DNA from: an uncultured Thermoplasmata archaeon
GTDB lineage: Archaea > Thermoplasmatota > Thermoplasmata > SG8-5
Assembly: GCA_964354755.1 (NCBI GenBank)
Contig: CAYHBA010000001.1
Coordinates: forward strand, 320,706 to 384,705
DNA: 64,000 nucleotides
Reading direction: 5' to 3'
In this document: positions 28,701 through 37,600 of the stretch, in pieces
Layout: each line of letters begins with the position of its first letter
How positions within the stretch are numbered: the first letter of the stretch is position 1
The notes under the pieces: generated by a model
Told to the model about the DNA's origin: nothing
Database searches by the model: none
Seen by the model: only the letters and a program-made list of their open reading frames with translations
Program-made: the position numbers and the translations under genes

Positions 28701-30602
28701 CACCAGGGCGCCGGGTCAATATCGGCCACAGTCTGGGACCAGACCGGAGCGCCCGCAGCGGGAGTTCCGTGCCAGTTCTTCATACCGGTCATGGCCGAGG
28801 GCATACCCGCCATGATCGACGGCGGAGACCACTGGGAATGGTACGAGTACGGAGAGGACTGGGACCTCAACTGGCTGGGATCCAGCTATATCGGAAGCTG
28901 GCTTGGCGACAATGCAACCGTAACTGACGCCTTCGGACAGCTGAACGCGACCTTCACCACACCCTCATTCATCGCAGACAGCCTGATAGCGCTCGAATTC
29001 GGAATAGGCGGATACGGCGTCACAGAATCCTTCAACAGGACCGTCAACAACTTCTGGATGGAGTACCCAGGCCCCGGATATGCGACCCCACCGCTCACAG
29101 ACGATGCGGACGTCTACTACTGGGCACCGGCTGACTTCACACTGAAGGACTCCGGAATAGTGTTCAGAGCACCGGTTGCCGCACTGGCGAGCTTCGAGAT
29201 GGATACACCGATTCTGTCTGCAGCTGACCAGGCAGGCCTGTTCACCATGACCTTCATGGACCTGGGCGGGCCGCTCGCAGGCGCAGATGTCACCCTTGGC
29301 CTTGGAACCGCAAAGCCAACCTTCCTCGACGATGAGGTAACCGACGAAGACGGTATCTACACCTACATGTGGGACGCCGCGACAGCAGGATACGCCGACT
29401 TCGACGGAGCGCAGGGCTTCACAGCAACCATAACACAGGCAGACTACTCGCACTTCCCGTTCGCCTTCTACGCGCCATACGTTGCAAAAGGCAGCGAGCC
29501 GTCGAAGTTGATTGTGAACGCAACCACAACCACACCGACACTGGTCTACGGAACTAAGGCAAACATAACGGCCAAGATAACCGATGACTACGGCAACAAC
29601 ATCGTGAATGCGACCGTCATAATAGGCGGAACCGTTGTCATGTCCAGCGCCACAGGAGTTGCACAGGCACTCATCGACATACCCAAGGTAGAGGGCCTGC
29701 AGGCAATACCGGTGGTTGCGTTTAAATCCGGATACGACGGCGCAGACCAGCTGGTATACGTGCAGGTCTACGACGACGAGCTGTTCCTGGCCATCGAGTA
29801 CTGGAACCTCAGCGCACCGACAATTGTCACGGAGAACGTGTCATTCGAAATAGGCTTCACAGCCAAGAACAACGGAACGATTGCCGGATGGACGACATTC
29901 GAGTTCCTGGTCGACGGAGTTGTCAGGGAGACAATCTACCCGAGCTTCACGGCCGGGCAGACCAAGAACTTCGAGTTCGCATGGACTTTAACCGACTTGG
30001 CCAACCACACATTCACGGTGCGCCAGCAGAACAGGAGGGCTCTGTCCCCCTGGACACTGGCCGCCGCGAGCGACTTCGACGGCGACGGGATACGGGACCT
30101 GATTGACACCGACGACGACAACGACGGAGTCCTGGACACCGCAGACGCTTTCCCGATGGACCCGACTGAATGGGCGGATTTGGACGACGACGGAATCGGC
30201 GACAACACCGATACCGATGTCGACGGCGACGGCGTGCTGAACACTGCCGACGACTTCCCGTGGGACGCAGACGAGACACTTGACACGGACGGCGACGGAA
30301 TCGGCGATGCAGCAGACACTGACGATGACGGCGACGGAATCCTCGACGCAGAGGATGACGACCCGCTCACCCCGGCTGTTGTGGAAGCTGAATCGACCGG
30401 CTACGGCATGGCAATTGTCGCGGGAGCGGCAATCGCGATGCTGGTTGTCGGCCTGCTGATCGGCATGATAGTCGCCAAGATGATGGCCGGAAAGGCAGCC
30501 GAGACAGCTGCACCGAAGCCGGAGCCCCGACCGAAACCGGCCGAGGAACCGGTAGAGGAACCAGCAGAGGAAGTTCTGGAACCCGAGAAGCCAGAGGAAT
30601 AA
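25776..30602 (+). CDS. giant cell-surface protein: signal peptide + family-5 solute-binding domain (DppA/OppA-like) + Ig-like (Big) repeats + thrombospondin-type-3-like Ca-binding Asp repeats + C-terminal TM anchor and charged tail
   Basis: SBP_bac_5-type motifs (NIRQGVTFHDGTAMDSQDVVFSYQTL); Gly/Ser linker; ~800 aa beta-rich T/S/N-rich repeats; DxDxDGxxDxxD repeats (DFDGDGIRDLIDTDDDNDGVLDTAD...); TM GMAIVAGAAIAMLVVGLLIGMIV; sits upstream of the dppBCDF-like genes. Confidence 0.85.
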   Translation: MKTTKVLSALVIGMMIVSSIPLFATAQSTSGELVIALQQDMTSMNPWDPDTNDVWKTFQIGWNFEGLMAYNPDYELYPVLAAPSATGPNGVDATITNGGMNISVNIRQGVTFHDGTAMDSQDVVFSYQTLGWGLFQTQVLGPLYWDDGTTFTRYDGGVCKIGVETNGTYRVDFRLNGNYAMFWYLTMAVPIMPHHIWNTHTIDMVPADYPAYNVTDEKSWDYSFGDDTTETTATIGTGPLMLQSWVKEQGSIIVPYTGYWDITGTTTWQSVNYPNYPQNVDKIRFKIYTQLDVAILALQNGDVHHLPWSLTPGYYNLLKTDPNIGIELNKDQGFFYMSYNFRKGAIADVNFRRAVAYCVDKQYIVDRLMGGYGIQGSVPMSVTNTYYVNTSVPAWIAGGDLNAAKALLDTNGYTDKNSDGWRDMPDGSPLKYNILTPPKDYDPIRADAGIMIEKNLKSIGLNIAAVPTSFDTIVSAAYVSLDFDMYILGWSVGSFPESYLRDFFHGDSDVAMNPAGSNAAGYHNATVDGMIDAMEEEMDTEARAQMIKDICGATMMDVPYDVLYYRTNIEAYRKDIWSGWVPAFGTIYNGFSVFNLGATPSSGGGEGGESGGTPGYSDGAADKVAFNGTMALDAVMTMPDSVSTDSSFVATVMVNEFYENTTTHVKDTRACVGANVQFIADIGQFANVTTGANGKANFVVDVDWANYGSINVFANASKGTFFKTMSQDITVNFIPATATLSLSAEHAVIAPGGNTNVTAKVTDINGDPMAGVTVSVDNNLMFGWSSSNASATNAGGEVLFVYHAPPTSMLPNTNRYEQFKATITVPGTIIPEVQATSLIIGIQNSVRDWYSIDITSVTEYVISGNLSGTLPLTTDVTATILNQAGTPVNGVKVNISVDNTIATPDALVKTTAGAGTVTFTLTAVDLGNNTQSTPVKVYNYTKAYATSDMFLLCNANETNTTTGYAADIDFDAMVEHQGAGSISATVWDQTGAPAAGVPCQFFIPVMAEGIPAMIDGGDHWEWYEYGEDWDLNWLGSSYIGSWLGDNATVTDAFGQLNATFTTPSFIADSLIALEFGIGGYGVTESFNRTVNNFWMEYPGPGYATPPLTDDADVYYWAPADFTLKDSGIVFRAPVAALASFEMDTPILSAADQAGLFTMTFMDLGGPLAGADVTLGLGTAKPTFLDDEVTDEDGIYTYMWDAATAGYADFDGAQGFTATITQADYSHFPFAFYAPYVAKGSEPSKLIVNATTTTPTLVYGTKANITAKITDDYGNNIVNATVIIGGTVVMSSATGVAQALIDIPKVEGLQAIPVVAFKSGYDGADQLVYVQVYDDELFLAIEYWNLSAPTIVTENVSFEIGFTAKNNGTIAGWTTFEFLVDGVVRETIYPSFTAGQTKNFEFAWTLTDLANHTFTVRQQNRRALSPWTLAAASDFDGDGIRDLIDTDDDNDGVLDTADAFPMDPTEWADLDDDGIGDNTDTDVDGDGVLNTADDFPWDADETLDTDGDGIGDAADTDDDGDGILDAEDDDPLTPAVVEAESTGYGMAIVAGAAIAMLVVGLLIGMIVAKMMAGKAAETAAPKPEPRPKPAEEPVEEPAEEVLEPEKPEE
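30064..30360 (+). repeat. tandem GAC/GGC-rich coding repeats encoding TSP3-like calcium-binding motifs
   Basis: Repeated gacggcgacgg(a/g) units read from the sequence; cause of the spurious antisense ORFs 29936-30644. Confidence 0.6.
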
Positions 30603-30614
30603 ACAGGAAACAAT

Positions 30615-30648
30615 GAGGGGGCGCAACGCCCCCTCCCTTTTCAATTTT
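30615..30648 (+). terminator. intrinsic-terminator-like hairpin plus T-tract after the SBP gene
   Basis: gagggggcg-caa-cgccccctc perfect 9-bp stem followed by ccttttcaatttt. Confidence 0.6.
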
Positions 30649-30953
30649 AATTATTTTGATAAATGCTGTTACAAATCGGGGCGTTCGCAAAATATGATAT
30701 GGGATTGTCACAGTCTTATTTTGCTTACACAGCCGAATTCATTCAGTTGACATAATAGGCTATCCATGAACCCGGCGTGCTCGAGACATATGCCATGAAT
30801 TCAATCCTGTCTTAAGTCTCTCGTCCCTCCCTTTTCATATTTTCTATTATTTTCATTTCTCACAGGATGCAACGAATGGCACTGCTGGAACGCCAGGAGC
30901 ATGGAGGGCGAGCAGGCCAACACGGGCGTTTTAAACATGATTCTGGAATATCC

Positions 30954-30961
30954 ATATATAC
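30954..30961 (+). promoter_or_regulatory. TATA box for the ABC permease operon; transcript probably leaderless
   Basis: atatatac ~25 nt upstream of ATG 30983 with no room for an SD. Confidence 0.45.
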
Positions 30962-30982
30962 TAAATATGTATAAACCACGGC

Positions 30983-31978
30983 ATGGCCAAAATGGGTCGG
31001 TATGTGGCCGGCAGACTTGTTCAGGGTTTGGTCACAATGATCATCGTGACCAGCATCATATTCATTCTCTTCGAAGCCATGCCCGGCGACCCTCTGGACA
31101 AGTTCAGGGCGAATCCGAACACAACTCCAGCGGATTTGGCAAGGCTTGAACGCATGTACGGTCTGGACCAACCCGTTTATGTGAGGTATTTCAGGTTCAT
31201 GGGGAACATGTTCACATTCCACTTCGGGGATTCATATTCCAAAGGCGCGCCTGTTTCCGACCTGATCGCCCAGAAAGCTCCGAGGACGCTCGCGCTGTTC
31301 GGCACCGGGGCGATATTATCGTACATCATCGGTGTGGCTATCGGGTCCTACATTGCATGGAGGAGAGGCGGCATCGCCGAGGGGTCCATCATCACCAGCT
31401 CGCTGTTTTTCTACAATATGCCAACCTTCTGGATCGGCCTGATAATGATATGGGTGTTCGCCTATTACTGGCAGCTGTTCCCTCTTGGCGGTTTCACAGG
31501 AATGGAGGAGACAATTGCCCAGTTCGGGCTCACAGGTTCCGAGTCCTATGCGGGGCTTCTTGATTTCCTCTGGCATATGGCTCTGCCTTTGTTCGTCGAG
31601 GTTCTTATCGGGGTTGCGGGTGTCATCCTGCTCATGAGAACCTCTCTGTTAGAGGTCATGAGGGAGGATTACATACTCACCGCCAAGGCGAAGGGCCTGA
31701 AAGAAAGGCAGGTGAGGATAAAGCATGCCAACAGGAACGCCTACCTTCCGATTGTCACATCCCTCACCCTGACAATGGCTTCGGTGCTCGGCGGGGCCGT
31801 GATTTTCGAACAGGTGTTCTCCTACCCGGGCATGGGGCTGCTCTACCTTGAGGCCCTGTACAACCAGGATGTTTTCCTTTCAGGCGCTATTCTCTTCATC
31901 CTTTCCCTGCTCGTGATAATTGCCAATCTGATTGCCGATCTTCTTTACGGGTTCCTTGACCCGAGGGTGAGGTATTGA
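30983..31978 (+). CDS. ABC transporter permease (DppB/OppB family)
   Basis: N-terminal MPGDP motif and ABC-transporter type-1 (EAA-loop) TM domain. Confidence 0.9.
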   Translation: MAKMGRYVAGRLVQGLVTMIIVTSIIFILFEAMPGDPLDKFRANPNTTPADLARLERMYGLDQPVYVRYFRFMGNMFTFHFGDSYSKGAPVSDLIAQKAPRTLALFGTGAILSYIIGVAIGSYIAWRRGGIAEGSIITSSLFFYNMPTFWIGLIMIWVFAYYWQLFPLGGFTGMEETIAQFGLTGSESYAGLLDFLWHMALPLFVEVLIGVAGVILLMRTSLLEVMREDYILTAKAKGLKERQVRIKHANRNAYLPIVTSLTLTMASVLGGAVIFEQVFSYPGMGLLYLEALYNQDVFLSGAILFILSLLVIIANLIADLLYGFLDPRVRY

Positions 31979-31979
31979 C

Positions 31980-34292
31980 ATGACAGTAACGGTCACCTCC
32001 AAAGTGAAATTGTACATGCGAAATACCCTCCTCCTCACAAAGAAAGCGCTCTTGCTCATCAAAGGCAGCAAGCTGGGCATAGCGGGACTCGGCATCATTT
32101 TCGCATTCGTGTTCATGGCAGTATTCGCTCCCTGGCTGGCTCCATACGACCCGGCTTTCATCGCACCCGCCGAGGATATATTCAATATCGACAGGATTGT
32201 AATTAATTATTCCGCATCGGACGGGTATCACCCGATGGTCATCGGGCCGACCACTCCCGGGGAATCCTCGATGGAAGGCGGGACATGGTTCATCCTGGCT
32301 AACAGCAATGGCAGTATTAGAATGGATTTCGCCATAAAGTCCCAGACAGAGGATCCGTTCACAAGAGGGAATATTAGCATCGTACTTGACATAGCCGCCC
32401 TTGGGCTGGATACCCCCCTCTCTGAGGTATTGTATATCACTCCGGCGAGAGGGTATAACAATAGCTATGCCAATGCCCCGACCTATGGCGAGAGGGTGAT
32501 GGCCGGGCTCCTGGCCTTCATGGCAAATGATTCTTTTGTGATACTTGACCCATTTACTGACACTGTGCTCTATCAAGAGAGTGTCGGTTTCGAGCCTATC
32601 TGGTTCAACCAGGACACGACCTCCGCGGCCAACATGCTCAATCCGCCGACTCAGAAAAAAATCACTACAGGCTGGTTTCCGTCGCTGGAAGGACCTATGA
32701 GATACCTCACCTTGGCTGATGACAGCCACATCCTTACGTACGAGTTCGAATATTGCTGGAACAGCAGGGGCATAGGCCCTGTCCAAAAATTGCTCGATCA
32801 GAACCTGACCGTGGCAGAGGAGCCGCTGGCCTATACATTCGACAATCCCAAGTACAGGGACAATGTCACAGGAATTTATGTGCCCACTGCCAACGGAACC
32901 CTGAACTTCTACAACACAACCACGAACGGGACGCCCCAGTATGCCGTACAACTGAACGCCAGCGGGGCTGTGGCTCAGTTCACCGGTCCGATGGGATTCT
33001 TCAGGAGCCCTGACTCTTTCCCGAGGGTGTACATCCCGACGGGTGCAAACGGCGATTTCTCGGTCAAAGTACTTGACCCAACACAGTTCCAAAACACCAC
33101 AACGAAAGGCTTGATAGGCGACTTCGCCGGGGCAGACGGAGAAGTGACGCTTGCCCCCACGTCAGCCGTGACTGGCAACGTCTATGTCACAGTCAACTAT
33201 ATTGCGGACGACGGAACGCCCTACAGTGCCGTCTACCGCATCAATTCCAACGGGACCGTGGACCCGAACTTCCTCGGAAAAATGGAAGCTGTCGCCGTGA
33301 CCGTCTTCCCGGTGGAATCGGCATCCCTTATCTACGCCATGGACACGCAGGGGACAGTGTGGGCTTCGCAGAGCATTTCGTCCGTTGACACGCCCTATGC
33401 TGACAGGGGCATGAAGGAGAAATTCAACACCGGCTCAGCCCAGACCCAGTTCGTGTACTTCGGCAGCTTCGGCGGCACGAAATACAGCACGACCACGACC
33501 TCGGAGGAAATTTACGTCATGTTCTACAACCCAGATGAGGATACAATGACAATTTTCCAGGCCACAGGCACTTCGCTGGGCGCCCTTCCGCCCGGAACCT
33601 ACCCGTCCGGCAACAGGTACTACCTGGGCACGGACAATGTGGGCCATGACATACTCACGCTCCTGATATACGGCAGCCGCGTGGCCTTGTACGTAGGCCT
33701 GACAGCGGCCTTCTTCTCGGTCGTCGTCGGAACACTGGTCGGGCTTGTCTCCGGATATTACGGGGGCATGATTGACGTGGTTCTGATGAGGATCACGGAC
33801 ATTGCCCTGAGCCTGCCCTTCCTGCCCATAGTCCTGATTTGGGGACAGATATGGGGCCCGTCCATGACAAATATAGTCATAATCCTGGCCCTCTTTGGTT
33901 GGCCCGGAATAACCCGTGTTGTTCGAGCACAGACACTCTCCCTGAAGGAAAGGTCGTTCATCGACGCGGCCAGGGTCTCAGGTTCGAGCGACACCAAGAT
34001 AATAATGAAGCACATAGCGCCGAACGTTCTTCCGTTCACGTTCCTTTACATGACCCTGTTCGTGGCCGGAGCCATCCTCACTGAGGCGGCGCTCAGCTAC
34101 CTGGCCCTCGGCGACCCGAAGAGCATATCATGGGGAAACATGCTGTCCACCATCCAGACTAGCGGTAGCTCTCTCATTGCCCCCTGGTGGCTGCTGCCGC
34201 CCGGCCTCTGCATCACCATTCTCTCAATGGGATTCTATCTGCTGGGCAGGGGAGTGGACGAGATTATCAATCCCAGGCTGAGGAGGCGCTGA
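31980..34292 (+). CDS. ABC transporter permease (DppC/OppC family) with ~480-aa sequon-rich extracytoplasmic insertion after TM1
   Basis: C-terminal 250 aa is a canonical permease core (LGTDNVGHDIL...); 770 aa versus ~300 aa typical; the insertion carries more than 15 N-x-[ST] sequons. Confidence 0.85.
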   Translation: MTVTVTSKVKLYMRNTLLLTKKALLLIKGSKLGIAGLGIIFAFVFMAVFAPWLAPYDPAFIAPAEDIFNIDRIVINYSASDGYHPMVIGPTTPGESSMEGGTWFILANSNGSIRMDFAIKSQTEDPFTRGNISIVLDIAALGLDTPLSEVLYITPARGYNNSYANAPTYGERVMAGLLAFMANDSFVILDPFTDTVLYQESVGFEPIWFNQDTTSAANMLNPPTQKKITTGWFPSLEGPMRYLTLADDSHILTYEFEYCWNSRGIGPVQKLLDQNLTVAEEPLAYTFDNPKYRDNVTGIYVPTANGTLNFYNTTTNGTPQYAVQLNASGAVAQFTGPMGFFRSPDSFPRVYIPTGANGDFSVKVLDPTQFQNTTTKGLIGDFAGADGEVTLAPTSAVTGNVYVTVNYIADDGTPYSAVYRINSNGTVDPNFLGKMEAVAVTVFPVESASLIYAMDTQGTVWASQSISSVDTPYADRGMKEKFNTGSAQTQFVYFGSFGGTKYSTTTTSEEIYVMFYNPDEDTMTIFQATGTSLGALPPGTYPSGNRYYLGTDNVGHDILTLLIYGSRVALYVGLTAAFFSVVVGTLVGLVSGYYGGMIDVVLMRITDIALSLPFLPIVLIWGQIWGPSMTNIVIILALFGWPGITRVVRAQTLSLKERSFIDAARVSGSSDTKIIMKHIAPNVLPFTFLYMTLFVAGAILTEAALSYLALGDPKSISWGNMLSTIQTSGSSLIAPWWLLPPGLCITILSMGFYLLGRGVDEIINPRLRRR

Positions 34293-34293
34293 T

Positions 34294-35301
34294 ATGGCCC
34301 TGCTCGAGGTCAAGAACCTCACTATGCATTTCAAGGTCACGGACGGCTGGGTTTATGCCGTGGAGGATGTGAATTTCACTCTGGAATCAGGAGAGACCCT
34401 GGGCCTGGTGGGCGAATCCGGCTGCGGCAAGACCACTCTGGGATATGGCATATCGCAGCTCCTGCCGGACAATGCCTACATCAAGGGCGGCCAGATATTT
34501 TTCAAGGGCCAGGACATTCTGACGCCCAGCGTGAAGAAGAACGGTACGCTGGACGGGTACAGGGCGGAGATCAGGGAGCTCAGGTGGAAGGAGATATCCA
34601 TGATATTCCAGGGAGCCATGAACGCCTTCAACCCGGTGCAGAGAATCGACGACCAGATCATCGAGGCCATCCGCGTCCACGAGAAAGTCACGAGGCAGGA
34701 AGCCGAGGCCAGGGTGATTGAACTCTACAAGCTTGTGGGCATCCCCCAGGACAGGATAGACAATTACCCGCACGAGTACAGCGGCGGAATGCGCCAGAGG
34801 GCCATGATAGCCATGGCCTTGGTTCACAACCCGAGCCTGATAATCGCGGACGAGCCCACAACGGCACTGGACGTCATCATGCAGAGGCGCATCCTAAGTG
34901 AGATCGAGAAAATCCAGAAAAAATTCAACATGGCCATGATAATCATCACGCACGATGTGTCTGTTGTGGCCAATGTGGCTGACAAGATTGCCGTCATGTA
35001 CGCCGGCCGCATCATGGAGTACGGCAGCATAAAGGACGTGTTCAAGCGCTCGGCCAACCCTTATACCAAGGCCCTGTTCGGCGGTTTCCCCAACCTAAAA
35101 GGCGAGAAGAAGCGCATCGCCAGCATACCGGGCAACCCGCCCAGCCTGGTCGAGCCGCCCAGCGGGTGCAGGTTCCACCCGCGCTGCAAGTATGCCAAGG
35201 AGATATGCAAAAAAGAGAAGCCGAAAGTAATCACCTTCCGAAATGGCCAGCGGTCGCTATGCCATTTCGCCAGGGAGGTTCAGGCGGGAGGTGCGGTCTG
35301 A
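34294..35301 (+). CDS. ABC transporter ATP-binding protein (DppD/OppD-like)
   Basis: Walker [10 protein letters not shown], signature [16 protein letters not shown]-terminal oligopeptide-type extension with Cys cluster. Confidence 0.9.
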   Translation: MALLEVKNLTMHFKVTDGWVYAVEDVNFTLESGETLGLVGESGCGKTTLGYGISQLLPDNAYIKGGQIFFKGQDILTPSVKKNGTLDGYRAEIRELRWKEISMIFQGAMNAFNPVQRIDDQIIEAIRVHEKVTRQEAEARVIELYKLVGIPQDRIDNYPHEYSGGMRQRAMIAMALVHNPSLIIADEPTTALDVIMQRRILSEIEKIQKKFNMAMIIITHDVSVVANVADKIAVMYAGRIMEYGSIKDVFKRSANPYTKALFGGFPNLKGEKKRIASIPGNPPSLVEPPSGCRFHPRCKYAKEICKKEKPKVITFRNGQRSLCHFAREVQAGGAV

Positions 35302-36347
35302 TGGGCGAGCCCATACTTCACATCCGGAACCTGAAGAAGTACTACGAGATTCGGCAGGGCCTGCTGGCTTTCAGGGCCAAGCCAATTCATGTCAAGGCCG
35401 TCGACGATGTCACCTTCACAATCAACAAAGGCGAGATATACGGCCTGGTGGGCGAGTCCGGCTGCGGCAAAACCACGACAGGAAGATGCATCTCCAGGCT
35501 CGAGGACCCCACTGACGGGAGCATCCTGTTCAGGGACAGCGACATAGCCAAAATACCAAAGAAGGAGCTGAGGGGCTTCAGGAAGAACATGCAGATGATA
35601 TTCCAGGACCCTTACGAATCCCTGAATCCGAGATTCACCGTGTTCCAGGCTGTCGCCGACCCGCTCACAGTCCATGCCAGGGAGCAAAACATCGAGGAAA
35701 GGCTGGACGCGGTCGTGAAGGCGCTGGAGGACGCGGGGCTGAAGAACCCCCAGGACCTGCTGGAGCGGTTCCCGCACGAACTGAGCGGCGGGCAGAGGCA
35801 GAGGGTCGCGATAGCGCGGGCGCTGGTCGTGGACCCCAAATTCATTGTGGCGGACGAGCCTGTTTCCATGCTCGACATCTCGATACGCGCAGGGGTCATG
35901 AACCTGATGCTTGACATCAAGGACAAGTTCCACATCGCCTACCTGTTCGTGACGCATGATGTCGCCATAGCCAGATACATGTCCGATAACCTGGGTGTGA
36001 TGTATCTGGGCAACATGGTGGAATCCGCGGAAACGGACGAACTCATCAACAATGCCACTCATCCCTACACAAGGGCTCTGCTGTCTGCGGTACCCATCCC
36101 GGACCCGGACTACGAATGGGTCGACGTGCCAATCAAAGGGGACATACCGAGCCCAATCAACCTGCCCACTGGATGCAGGTTCCATCCCAGATGCGTCTGG
36201 GCAAAGGGCATCTGCAAGGAAAAGGACCCGGCGGCCATCGAAGTGAGAACCGGCCATTTCGTCAAATGCCATTTCGCGGCCGACCTCTTCGGGACCAACG
36301 AGCCCCTGCCAAATGTTCCGTCCGGAGACGAGGATGCCGCCCGATAA
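35301..36347 (+). CDS. ABC transporter ATP-binding protein (DppF/OppF-like)
   Basis: Walker [10 protein letters not shown], signature LSGGQRQRVAIARAL; ATG overlaps the upstream stop (TGATG); track ORF 35166 is an upstream extension in overlap. Confidence 0.9.
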   Translation: MGEPILHIRNLKKYYEIRQGLLAFRAKPIHVKAVDDVTFTINKGEIYGLVGESGCGKTTTGRCISRLEDPTDGSILFRDSDIAKIPKKELRGFRKNMQMIFQDPYESLNPRFTVFQAVADPLTVHAREQNIEERLDAVVKALEDAGLKNPQDLLERFPHELSGGQRQRVAIARALVVDPKFIVADEPVSMLDISIRAGVMNLMLDIKDKFHIAYLFVTHDVAIARYMSDNLGVMYLGNMVESAETDELINNATHPYTRALLSAVPIPDPDYEWVDVPIKGDIPSPINLPTGCRFHPRCVWAKGICKEKDPAAIEVRTGHFVKCHFAADLFGTNEPLPNVPSGDEDAAR

Positions 36348-37020
36348 CAGGGCCGGCAACCCGATATTCTCGGGAAAGCGGCTTGCCTGGGTTCTGATTT
36401 CCCTGGTCTGCGGCATTTCGCTTGCCCTTTCCGCATTCTCTGCAGACAACTACGTGGACATAGCCAAGGCCAAGATACTATCGTATGTGGAAACCACGGA
36501 TACAATGTCATTGAAATTCGACGGGAACGGAACCCTGAGCTCGGTGAACCTGACCCTCGAATTCAGGATAGTGAATCCGAGCGACAAGGAACTTAGGACC
36601 TGGATTCTGACTTACAAAGGCTGGCTCAGGGACACGCCCATGGAGGACGGCACCGACACAAGCCGGTGGATGATAGACGGCCGGCTGGACAACGAAGGAG
36701 CGGAGATGAGGCTCTACCCGGTCTTCGTCACCACCTATTCGCTGGACAATCCGTCGGTTATTGTCCCGGCCAGGTCGGAGATCATTGTCACGAGGTGGCT
36801 GGATGTAAACAGGGACAATTATCCGGACATAATGTCGAACATCGCAGACATCTACACCCATGCAGCATCAGAGGGGCAGGAATTGGAATGGATGCATTAC
36901 ACAAGTTCGATCCTGTTCATCCAGGGCGTCGAGCAATACGCTGGACCAAATCACGACGCGAACCTGATAAGGAGATTCGAGGGATTCGACCTCACGCCCG
37001 GGGTGGGGGGTGCGGGTTGA
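36334..37020 (+). CDS. hypothetical membrane-anchored exported protein, translationally coupled to the ABC operon
   Basis: Start overlaps the end of the ATPase gene by 14 nt; N-terminal TM LAWVLISLVCGISLALSAFSA then ~200-aa soluble domain. Confidence 0.5.
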   Translation: MPPDNRAGNPIFSGKRLAWVLISLVCGISLALSAFSADNYVDIAKAKILSYVETTDTMSLKFDGNGTLSSVNLTLEFRIVNPSDKELRTWILTYKGWLRDTPMEDGTDTSRWMIDGRLDNEGAEMRLYPVFVTTYSLDNPSVIVPARSEIIVTRWLDVNRDNYPDIMSNIADIYTHAASEGQELEWMHYTSSILFIQGVEQYAGPNHDANLIRRFEGFDLTPGVGGAG

Positions 37021-37079
37021 CATTCCCTGCTCTGGCTTTCGATGGGAAAAAGCTCAGGAACATTGCCGCCCAGACAGCC

Positions 37080-37451
37080 ATGTACTTCATGCTGGGCACC
37101 TTCATTGGGTTTTTATTCTTCTACGACGTGTTCAACTACTACTGCGCGCCCTTTAGCGCAAGCTTGCCCTCGTGGGTCCTGGCCGCGTTCCTGCTCTTTC
37201 CCGGAGTCATCGCCTGTTACCTGTACCCGGACATAATCCATGTCATGCTTTCCGCAATCCTGCTCCCTCTTTCAGGGGCAATGTTCTGCTTCCTGCTGTT
37301 CGTCAGCCCCGCATTCTCAGCTGACATTGTCGGGACATTCTCGGACTGGCTATTTGAATTGGCCAGATTCATCCTGCCTGATGTAATTCTTGCATGTGCC
37401 GTGACTTTCACCACAGGGTTTGTATCCCTCTATGTGTTTGACACAGATTGA
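37080..37451 (+). CDS. hypothetical small polytopic membrane protein
   Basis: In-frame ATG after the stop of the preceding gene; 4 hydrophobic helices; the upstream part of track ORF 36666 is overlap noise. Confidence 0.4.
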   Translation: MYFMLGTFIGFLFFYDVFNYYCAPFSASLPSWVLAAFLLFPGVIACYLYPDIIHVMLSAILLPLSGAMFCFLLFVSPAFSADIVGTFSDWLFELARFILPDVILACAVTFTTGFVSLYVFDTD

Positions 37452-37600
37452 ACATGGACAATCGGTGGAAAATTATATAAGCAGAACGATTGTTCCAGGC
37501 GGTGACGAACGGCGCAGAACCGGGTATGGCTCATTGAGTAGAATGTTGCCCGGAACATGCAGCGGAGGCCAACGAGTCATCACCAAGGGCGGCGCTTTGC

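Noticed and set aside
29936-30644. Antisense ORFs (Ser-rich 144 aa; 218 aa; Arg-rich 88 aa) inside the 3' end of the giant SBP gene
   Set aside because: They are artefacts of the GAC/GGC tandem repeats encoding the Asp-rich calcium-binding motifs, read on the opposite strand.
35166-35300. Upstream extension of the second ABC ATPase ORF
   Set aside because: It overlaps the C-terminus of the first ATPase in another frame. ATG 35301 with the TGATG overlap is the conventional coupled start.
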